From a virus, in the IMG/VR virus record IMGVR_UViG_3300021961_000020: a stretch of DNA of 64,000 bases, one strand, 5' to 3'. Shown here piece by piece: positions 18,026 through 25,980 of this stretch. Position 1 is the first letter of the stretch; each line of letters begins with the position of its first letter. The position numbers and the translations under genes are program-made. The notes beneath the pieces were generated by a model that had not been told where the DNA came from, searched no databases, and worked only from the letters and a program-made list of their open reading frames with translations.

Positions 18026-18083
18026 ATTATAGCAGCATCAGCAGGGTGTGGTCACTTTTTGGTCCGCTTCTTGAACTGTCCAC
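18026..18083 (-). promoter_or_regulatory. Extended -10 TGCTATAAT with upstream GTGGACAGTT and AAGTGACCAC boxes
   Basis: -10 at 18031-18026, boxes at 18083-18074 and 18057-18048; GGAGG RBS before the ATG. Confidence 0.7.
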
Positions 18084-19452
18084 CCATAATTGGATCTAAT
18101 CTAATCTCTCCATGCTTCTCAGGAGGATCGATCAATGGAGACATGAGAGGAAACTTATGTGCATAAGGTGCGCCTAATCCATATGCTGCCTGAACAAAAC
18201 TTTGATATGCTCCTAACATTCTGTAGGGTTCATCTGAGTCAGGAGACATTCTCTGACGCAGGAAGTATTCATCCTCTGCTTGTCTCCTAAAGTAATCAAG
18301 TCTGATATTCTCATGGCGGGGAATCTGCGCAAGTTTCTCATACACTTCAGCACGATTGAGAGAGTGCAGTTGATGATTCTCCAGAAGTGCGCATGCACTC
18401 AGTCTAGTCTGCTCCCAGAACTTTGACTTGTATCTAGAACCAAACTGCATGTAAAATGCCATGACAGTGGCAGTATCAACCTGACTATCTTCCCATCTCT
18501 CCTCTACCTCAAGTCTGTGGAAGTTTGATTGCTGTCTATCAGGATCATAGAACAAATACTCTCCAAGAGCATTAGCAATATCAGACTCAGTGTAACTATT
18601 GAAACCAGTGAAGTCGTCGTTAATACCTAACGCACGACCACATCTTGCGTATTTGTTATTCTTGTGAATGGCATACTCAGATACTTTATGATCCGATTCG
18701 TTCTTTCTATAAGAACAATGCTTCTTAACTTCACAGTGAGCATTAAAGTCTGCTACTGCTTCTTCTTCAGTTGTAATATCACTATCGTAAGAATAGATCC
18801 ATGTTTGTGCATCTTGTGTGGGAATACCAGTTAAGTAACCATGCTCACATGCAACATGCACAGTATAATCCCACTCACCAGGCAACTTACGATTAACTGT
18901 CAGTTTTGTATCTGTTGGGTTGAAATATGCATCTTTATATGCTTTCTTATCCCATAGTGCTCCCTTCACACAATCAATAACAAAACTGTATGCTTCACCA
19001 TCGATGTATGCATTGTCATCATCAAAAGTGAGTGACTTAATTCTCTTATCAATCAGTTTTACTTTACGATGCTGATTGGTAACATTCTCCCAGAAGAAGT
19101 CAACAAACTTACCTTCATCAAAGTGCAATCCAATTTCAGTGGGATCAAACATTGTATAGAAGTTCTTGTCTCTACGATTACCGAGACCAACAAACTTCAT
19201 GCCAAGTTTTTGTACTGCATCAAATCTTTGATAATAGTCGATTGCACTAATTGTGGTGTTTTGAGCAACAGAAGTAACCCAAATTGGACTCGTTTGGACT
19301 CCGAAATTGGGAACTTGATGAGAGCAATCCCGTATCCATGTAATTTCGTCATCTTGATATACACTATCCTGAAGGTCTCTATGACTGATAAGTTGAACCA
19401 GAGTGATCACAGCATCTGCACCAGCACCAATAATAGCAATTTTTCTACTCAT
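18052..19452 (-). CDS. Divergent tryptophan-halogenase-like flavoprotein
   Basis: N-terminal IAIIGAG Rossmann motif, HFD, F.IDC, ACEHGY...IP, overall length. Confidence 0.65.
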   Translation of the reverse strand: MSRKIAIIGAGADAVITLVQLISHRDLQDSVYQDDEITWIRDCSHQVPNFGVQTSPIWVTSVAQNTTISAIDYYQRFDAVQKLGMKFVGLGNRRDKNFYTMFDPTEIGLHFDEGKFVDFFWENVTNQHRKVKLIDKRIKSLTFDDDNAYIDGEAYSFVIDCVKGALWDKKAYKDAYFNPTDTKLTVNRKLPGEWDYTVHVACEHGYLTGIPTQDAQTWIYSYDSDITTEEEAVADFNAHCEVKKHCSYRKNESDHKVSEYAIHKNNKYARCGRALGINDDFTGFNSYTESDIANALGEYLFYDPDRQQSNFHRLEVEERWEDSQVDTATVMAFYMQFGSRYKSKFWEQTRLSACALLENHQLHSLNRAEVYEKLAQIPRHENIRLDYFRRQAEDEYFLRQRMSPDSDEPYRMLGAYQSFVQAAYGLGAPYAHKFPLMSPLIDPPEKHGEIRLDPIMGGQFKKRTKK

Positions 19453-19484
19453 CAGTCTTCAGAAATCTTTCTATTCGTCGTTAT

Positions 19485-19637
19485 TTAGTTCAGAACAGGT
19501 AAAATGTCATAACTCTCGATTCCCTGCTTCTTCAGTTCTTCAATCCACCAAAGAACATCCTCTTGATTGTAAAAGACTGCTTTCTGAAAGGATGAATAAC
19601 CTTTCTTGGGACGCTTCCACTCAACTGCAAATTTCAT
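19485..19637 (-). CDS. Small hypothetical protein (50 aa)
   Basis: Start moved to MKFAVEW. Confidence 0.65.
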   Translation of the reverse strand: MKFAVEWKRPKKGYSSFQKAVFYNQEDVLWWIEELKKQGIESYDILPVLN

Positions 19638-19677
19638 ACTCAAAGCTATACTTGTGGTGATCTTTGACAAAGATAGT

Positions 19678-20856
19678 CTACTTGGAATCCCAGGACTTGT
19701 CAACCGTGATGTTAGCAAGACGAAACTCATCGTCAACAAACTTCATCATGGACTTGTCATTGTGGACGACATAACCTTCAGGAGAAGTAGGATTGCGACC
19801 GATGAAGGTTTGGATGTTACCAACTTTGTTGAGTTGAGTAATAACCATCTTCTTAGCAGTACGGATAGAGATATATGCAGCAATCAGGAAATAGAGTTCT
19901 TTCTGATGATGAGAGATGAACATGAGACCATTGACTTTCATGTCATCATACTTATTCTGTGCAGCAAGAGTCTTCTTCTTTGCTTTCTCTGCATCAAGAG
20001 TCTGTCTGTAGAATACAGCAAACTCAGCAATGATCTTCTTGGTGTCAAGAACACCGCGACCAGAACGAATACGCTGATTGAAGAAACGCTTGAGTAGCAG
20101 ATTCATCATGAAAGTAGTTTGTCCCTCAGTTTGAATAAGATCGAGGAACTTAGAGCATTGCTTCAGCGCACCATTTGCTTTGTTGATGTGTGTGTTGAAG
20201 AGGAACACATCGCCTGCATCAAATAGAGCAGCACCAGTGGCATCAACAAAATTCGCACTGGCAACATAAACATCTTGAGTGCAAAGATACTTAGGTGCTT
20301 TCTTCTGCGGTACAACTTGTGCAGTCTGTAGAGTATCGCCCTTGTAAATCGTATGAAACACGATGCCAACCTTGGCGAGATGCACCGCATTACCTTCTCT
20401 GGAATTACGATTAACAGCGTAAGTGATAGTATTAGGAGTAAAGCAAATAACTCGCTTTCCACCGACAACACCGCTTCTCTTATCTTCTTGAGTGAAGAGT
20501 AGGTCACCTTGAACAATACCTGTGATGTTGAGTTGAGGTAGATACTTGAGGCAATCTTTGAGTTTGCTTGCAAGTTGACCAGTGTAGAAACGATCTACAT
20601 CGGTGTCATCAAAACAAATCTTTGGATTGACTTTATTGAACACAGACTTAGTGCCAACAAAGAAACGACCGCTGATGGGTTCCGTGCCACAAACAACGGC
20701 AGGAGCACCATCCCACTTTGTAGTGATACTCAAATCACTATCTTTGCCAGACAACATGTCACTGAACTGACGCAGGAAGTTGATAACATTGAACCCGCCA
20801 GCGGTGCCGCTGTTCAGGATCTCGTCTTCCAGGTGCTCTAGGTGAGTGTTCTTCAT
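19678..20856 (-). CDS. Conserved myophage protein with ligase-like nucleotidyltransferase motifs
   Basis: Start moved to MKNTHLEHLED, after TATAAT; KWDG, QGDL and EGYVV motifs. Confidence 0.75.
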   Translation of the reverse strand: MKNTHLEHLEDEILNSGTAGGFNVINFLRQFSDMLSGKDSDLSITTKWDGAPAVVCGTEPISGRFFVGTKSVFNKVNPKICFDDTDVDRFYTGQLASKLKDCLKYLPQLNITGIVQGDLLFTQEDKRSGVVGGKRVICFTPNTITYAVNRNSREGNAVHLAKVGIVFHTIYKGDTLQTAQVVPQKKAPKYLCTQDVYVASANFVDATGAALFDAGDVFLFNTHINKANGALKQCSKFLDLIQTEGQTTFMMNLLLKRFFNQRIRSGRGVLDTKKIIAEFAVFYRQTLDAEKAKKKTLAAQNKYDDMKVNGLMFISHHQKELYFLIAAYISIRTAKKMVITQLNKVGNIQTFIGRNPTSPEGYVVHNDKSMMKFVDDEFRLANITVDKSWDSK

Positions 20857-20862
20857 GCTCTT

Positions 20863-20907
20863 ATTATAGGTCCTGACAGGGGTTGTGGGGTGCTCAGTGT
20901 GCCACTT
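20863..20907 (-). promoter_or_regulatory. TATAAT -10 with half-site AAGTGGCAC ~31 bp upstream
   Basis: Same spacing as the other cassettes. Confidence 0.55.
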
Positions 20908-20909
20908 CT

Positions 20910-21512
20910 TCATTTGAACCCAGGACCATTTGCCCAGACCACCAGGGAGCGGCGAGTCCCACCAGTCACAGGGGTGACACGATGTAAGACATAACTCGGA
21001 AATACTATTACAGAACCGCGTTTGTTGTTGCCAATATGTATATCTCCGTCATTGAATTGCAACTCTCCACCTTCATATTCTGATGGATCTGATAGTTGTA
21101 CTGACATGCTCAACTTCCTCGGTGGCATGTCAGACATCATCATATTGTCTACATGCCAATTATAGCATGAATTATCGTCATGATATACAGTATATTGCAA
21201 ATCTTCGTGGAATCCATGAATATCATATCTCCAATACATTCCATTCATGCATCTAAGGATTCTTCCTAATTTCTCATAGATCCACTCACTATCTTCCTCC
21301 AATGTAATCCATGCATTTTTAGACTTTCTGATGCTTTCTACTACCGTCGTATTATCATCATTAGATCCTACTGTAGATGATCTAGGACCCAAAGATTCTC
21401 CATACTGGACAATACGATCACATTCCTCAGGAGTAAATCCATCCTCCCAAGATTCATAAAGAGTTTCACCCATCCCAAAGTTGGGAGGAGGACATAATTT
21501 ATAGATTCCCAT
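20910..21512 (-). CDS. 2OG-Fe(II) oxygenase (PKHD/prolyl-hydroxylase type)
   Basis: WHVD (HxD), YEGGEL, VFPSY.LHRVTPV..G.R.SLV.W. Confidence 0.9.
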   Translation of the reverse strand: MGIYKLCPPPNFGMGETLYESWEDGFTPEECDRIVQYGESLGPRSSTVGSNDDNTTVVESIRKSKNAWITLEEDSEWIYEKLGRILRCMNGMYWRYDIHGFHEDLQYTVYHDDNSCYNWHVDNMMMSDMPPRKLSMSVQLSDPSEYEGGELQFNDGDIHIGNNKRGSVIVFPSYVLHRVTPVTGGTRRSLVVWANGPGFK

Positions 21513-21521
21513 GATAAAAAG

Positions 21522-23222
21522 TTAGTAAATTACTCTGATGTCTCCAGATCCACCCTCATTGGGTCCGTTAATTACCTCATAATACTGATTAGATGAAGGT
21601 CCAGTGCCTTTAACAGCACGACCAGCAGCACCACCACCGCCAGGAACTGCCTGCCCAATAAATGAACCACTTCCGCCAGGAAGTCCCCAGTTTCCACCCG
21701 ATCCTCCAGGTCTTCCAGGTGTGCCAGGTTGTCCAGGAGTTCCAGCGGTTCCAGGTGTGCCAGGTTGTCCAGGTTGACCGTTACCTCCTCTGCTTCCAGG
21801 AGTTCCAGGAGTTCCAGGTTGTCCAGTTCCTCCAGGTTGACCAGGAGTACCAGCAGAGCAACCAGCAGCACCGCCAGGTTGTCCAGCCCTTCCAGAACCG
21901 CCAGGAGTGCCACTGCCGCCAGGTTGTCCACTTCCACCAGGAGTGCCAGGTTGACCAGACCCACCGCCACCTCCAGGGGTGCCAGGAGTGCCAGGAGTGC
22001 CAGGTTGACCCGTTATAACACTCGTTGGATAGTTCCATCCTCTACCACTTGTAGAGATGCCTAAAACGCCTTTGATACCGCCAGTGCCATTGTATCCGCT
22101 GGCGCCGCCAGCGCCACCAGATCCGCCGCCACCACCAGATCCACCAGAACCACCAGATCCTCCGCCGCCACCAGCACCGCCAGCACCACCAGAACCACCA
22201 GAACACCAAGTTCTTGCCTGTGCCTGAGATCTTTGCTGTGCTCCGCTTCTTTGTTGGTAACTTTGTCTATTCTGCCAACCTGCCCTTCTTTGTCTGGGCC
22301 AACCACCATTCGGGCGTCTATCGTTTCTTCTATTTCTCTCAGTTCTTCTTTGTTGGAAACCTCTTCTTTGTTGATAAGATGCTCTCTGTTGACCAGGAGA
22401 ACCAGGAGCACCGTTAGCACCAGAAGATCCACTAGATCCATTAGATCCACTAGACCCAGGACTACCAGAAGAACCATTAGATCCTCTTACACCAGCAGCA
22501 GCACCAGATCCATTAATACCATTAACGCCATCAATACCATCAATTCCGCCGCCACCACCAGCATAAATGCGAGCATCTGAACCCTCACATTCTACAAATA
22601 CTTTACGAATTGCAGGTGCTCCAGGATTATCGACATCGATAGCATGCCCTCCAGGTTGTCCACCAGTTGCACCACCAGCAGAATAGATTCCGTAACCAGG
22701 AGGAGTATTTGCTACAAATACTTTTAGGTTAGATGTTGCCTGATCGACAATCAAAGATGCTGTGCCAACAGTAGAACTAACGATTCTACCTTTTAATGTA
22801 AGATATTTGGTGATATTTTTATTTAAATTTCCATTCCAAGATGCATCAACAGATGGAGTGGTAGGACTACTTAAAGTAGCAGCGTTAAAGTTCTCTTCCT
22901 GAGTTGCAGATGCCTGCTCAATGACATACTCTTTAATAACACCTCTCAAGTCTTGAGGTGAAATAGCACCAGTAGTTCCGACACCTACATTTTCGGTTGC
23001 ATCCAACACATAAGGAAGGTGCGCTGAACCAGTAGATGATGGATATTTGCCAGTTGCATAATCATATGGTGCATCAAGATCAGTAACTCGATGCAACTCA
23101 CGAGCAGAAATTGGTGCTGTTGTGTCACCAATCGCTGCTCTAATTTCACCATAAGAGATGCGAGTCCCAGGAGTACCTGTTAGGAGTTGTTGAGTTTTTT
23201 CGCTCCAATCTCCAAAAGCCAT
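21522..23222 (-). CDS. Glycine-rich tail-fibre tip adhesin (gp38-like/collagen-like)
   Basis: IYSAGG..GG.PGGHAI...RIYAGGGGG and terminal GGAAGRAV; lies after the long fibre genes. Confidence 0.65.
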   Translation of the reverse strand: MAFGDWSEKTQQLLTGTPGTRISYGEIRAAIGDTTAPISARELHRVTDLDAPYDYATGKYPSSTGSAHLPYVLDATENVGVGTTGAISPQDLRGVIKEYVIEQASATQEENFNAATLSSPTTPSVDASWNGNLNKNITKYLTLKGRIVSSTVGTASLIVDQATSNLKVFVANTPPGYGIYSAGGATGGQPGGHAIDVDNPGAPAIRKVFVECEGSDARIYAGGGGGIDGIDGVNGINGSGAAAGVRGSNGSSGSPGSSGSNGSSGSSGANGAPGSPGQQRASYQQRRGFQQRRTERNRRNDRRPNGGWPRQRRAGWQNRQSYQQRSGAQQRSQAQARTWCSGGSGGAGGAGGGGGSGGSGGSGGGGGSGGAGGASGYNGTGGIKGVLGISTSGRGWNYPTSVITGQPGTPGTPGTPGGGGGSGQPGTPGGSGQPGGSGTPGGSGRAGQPGGAAGCSAGTPGQPGGTGQPGTPGTPGSRGGNGQPGQPGTPGTAGTPGQPGTPGRPGGSGGNWGLPGGSGSFIGQAVPGGGGAAGRAVKGTGPSSNQYYEVINGPNEGGSGDIRVIY

Positions 23223-23234
23223 GTATACTTAACC

Positions 23235-25952
23235 TCAGACAAGATTTAGGGTAGCAGAACCAACACCAGCAATCGTGATGAATACTTTGGTTCCAGTGCT
23301 ATCTAATTCAATATTTAGTGCGGAAGTAGCGGAGGAAACATAAGATCTGAAAATACTTGCATCTCCCCAATATGTTCCTTGCTGGGTTGCATACTGGTGT
23401 TTATTATATGCCTGGTTATAAAGCATATGTGCTGTACCAAATCCAACAGCACTAGAAATTCCAGGGAATGTAGGTCCAGGTTGAATTTCATTATCTACAT
23501 TATCACGAATTAGAAAAGATCTCGCAGAATCACTGCTAACTATACCACCAAGGAATCCAATTTCTTCAATATATTGAATTGGATCATGCATTCTACTGCG
23601 AACTGACATAACACCAACAGACTGAGAGGTGTTATCAAGATATTCTAACCTGTTTCCACCATCGCCAGAGGCATAATTGAACCAGAGACCACCAGTTTTT
23701 GCTCCGTCTGGAGATGTCCCGTTTGTTCTGGAAAGAATAATACAACCAGGCGCTTCTCCAAGGTCTATTGTAGATCCTGGTTCGGCAGTATTAAATCCAA
23801 CTCTAACAAGACCGCTACCAGCAGTAGCATCAGTACCACCGACTCCAGTATGGTTGCCGAAGAATGTTACATCCTTATAAACTTCAACGCGGTTGCTATC
23901 TACAAGGTCAACTTTAGTACCAATACCAATACCACCTTCAAATATTGTACCGCCACCGATAAACTCTCCACCAGTATCTCTTCTTAGTCCAACATAGAAA
24001 TCAATATCAGAATCTCTTCCGCCACTTGTTGTGCCGATACCGATACCAGCAGCACCGAGCATTGCGATCTCAGCATTATCATAGAAAGCGATACCTTCTT
24101 GTACGCCAATGCTGGTAGTATTGAATCCAATCTTATTCAGCAGCAGTGTAGTCGATGTGCCGTCAGTAATACTGAGGTTAGCAACAGTTGTAATACCACC
24201 AGAAGAAATCAGATTGATACACTCAATAGTTCCACTGGATTGAATATCTCCACAAGAAACAATGCCAGTAACTCCATCGAGTTCGATAGAACCAAATGTA
24301 GCGATAGCACCACCAGTATAACTGAAATTACCAGTGATAATGATGTCAGAACAGGAAACTGTTCCAGTTGTAATAATTCCACTAAGATTAGCAAACAGAG
24401 TACCAGCAGCAGATACTTGAGTGGTTGCACTTCCAAACTGAAGAGTTGAAGTATTGAGGACACATGTTCCTCCAACAGTTACAGCACCAAAGGATGCAGA
24501 TTCTGAAACTGTTTGAGTGATGCTGCCAGTGATAGTTGTATCGTTAAGGATTGCACTAGAACTAGATGTTCCAGACATAATCCCAGTGACAATCAACTCA
24601 TTGACCGTGGCATCAGTGATATCAAGAGAACCACCGAATGTGCCACCAACGGAGAGATTTCCACCAACTACAAGATCACCAGAGAAAGATCCGTCACCGT
24701 CAAAGTCACCGTCTCCAATAACACCAAGACCCTTACCAAGTGCAGATGTTGTGTTACCAACACCGATGAAGTTGGTTGCTTTTAGTTCTCCACCAAATGT
24801 TGATATACCAGTATTTCTAATATAGATTGTGTTAATACCAGGAGATGTAATTTCATCAACGATGATATCAGGAGTGCCAGTTAATCCTTGTGCTAAACCA
24901 GCAACACCAGTGATGTCACCAATAACATTACCAATAAATCCACCAGAAGCACCAACAGTTCCAGTGAATGTACCAGTTCCTACTACATCAACAGCATAAT
25001 TTGTTCTTGCTCTAGATGTTCCTACACCTACATTACCTTCTCTAGTAACAACAACTCTAGGAACATAAGTTGTATTGTTATCACCCCAGATCTCAATCTG
25101 TCCACCTTCTGTACCAGCGGTGCCAGTTACACTACCATTGTAGAGAATGGCAGACTTAACACTGCCAGATGTTTCAATGAATCTGATGCCAGTGCTTCTA
25201 TCAAGATTGGCAAAGTTCCCATTGAAATCAATAAACTTATTAGATCCTCTTAAAGTTAATCCACCAGTGGTGCCAATCATGACGCCAGTGGCAATATTCA
25301 GGTTGCCAAAGGATCCAACACCACTAAACTCAGCGTTACCACTACCAGTGACAGTTTGAACACCAGTAATAGACCCAACCATGGAAAGATTGCCCTGTTG
25401 GGCATTTCCAGTTAGAGTTAAATTCTTTGCACTTAGTCCTTCAAATGTACCAACACCACTAATTGCATCGACTTCAATCAGGTCACCTACCGCAAAATCT
25501 GCTTGCGGGAAAGTAATAGCAACACCTACAGGTCTAAATGCATAGATTGTAGTTCCTGCTCCAGGATTATCATTCTGCCACACCGATGTGGGAAGATTGG
25601 TCAGTGCAGCACCATCACCAACAAAAGCAACAGCAGTGACTGTACCATCAGCATCGATAGTTACACCCGTTGTGCCTACACCAACTTGGAAGGTTGCCTC
25701 TGGAACTGTTGTACCGATACCGACCGAATAACCTACAGCAACATTAACATTACCGTAATGAGTTTGATAACCAACTACCTTTACATCTCTAAGTGTCGTC
25801 TGATTCTCAATGATAGCATTGCCACGAACATCTAATTCTTCTCGCGGAATAGTCGTGCCGATTCCGACCAGACCATTCTGCGAGATTAGATCATTTGCAT
25901 CAACTTGGATACCATCTCTAAAGTTGATGATTGTCTTATAATTCGTAGGCAT
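23235..25952 (-). CDS. Tail fibre/virion structural protein
   Basis: Repeated VGIGTT.P motifs; Gly/Thr/Val-rich beta-strand composition. Confidence 0.75.
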   Translation of the reverse strand: MPTNYKTIINFRDGIQVDANDLISQNGLVGIGTTIPREELDVRGNAIIENQTTLRDVKVVGYQTHYGNVNVAVGYSVGIGTTVPEATFQVGVGTTGVTIDADGTVTAVAFVGDGAALTNLPTSVWQNDNPGAGTTIYAFRPVGVAITFPQADFAVGDLIEVDAISGVGTFEGLSAKNLTLTGNAQQGNLSMVGSITGVQTVTGSGNAEFSGVGSFGNLNIATGVMIGTTGGLTLRGSNKFIDFNGNFANLDRSTGIRFIETSGSVKSAILYNGSVTGTAGTEGGQIEIWGDNNTTYVPRVVVTREGNVGVGTSRARTNYAVDVVGTGTFTGTVGASGGFIGNVIGDITGVAGLAQGLTGTPDIIVDEITSPGINTIYIRNTGISTFGGELKATNFIGVGNTTSALGKGLGVIGDGDFDGDGSFSGDLVVGGNLSVGGTFGGSLDITDATVNELIVTGIMSGTSSSSAILNDTTITGSITQTVSESASFGAVTVGGTCVLNTSTLQFGSATTQVSAAGTLFANLSGIITTGTVSCSDIIITGNFSYTGGAIATFGSIELDGVTGIVSCGDIQSSGTIECINLISSGGITTVANLSITDGTSTTLLLNKIGFNTTSIGVQEGIAFYDNAEIAMLGAAGIGIGTTSGGRDSDIDFYVGLRRDTGGEFIGGGTIFEGGIGIGTKVDLVDSNRVEVYKDVTFFGNHTGVGGTDATAGSGLVRVGFNTAEPGSTIDLGEAPGCIILSRTNGTSPDGAKTGGLWFNYASGDGGNRLEYLDNTSQSVGVMSVRSRMHDPIQYIEEIGFLGGIVSSDSARSFLIRDNVDNEIQPGPTFPGISSAVGFGTAHMLYNQAYNKHQYATQQGTYWGDASIFRSYVSSATSALNIELDSTGTKVFITIAGVGSATLNLV

Positions 25953-25980
25953 TATCTTTTAATGAGGAACACCCTTTTAC

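Noticed and set aside
21572-22580. Many overlapping low-complexity ORFs in other frames
   Set aside because: By-products of the Gly-codon repeats in the adhesin gene
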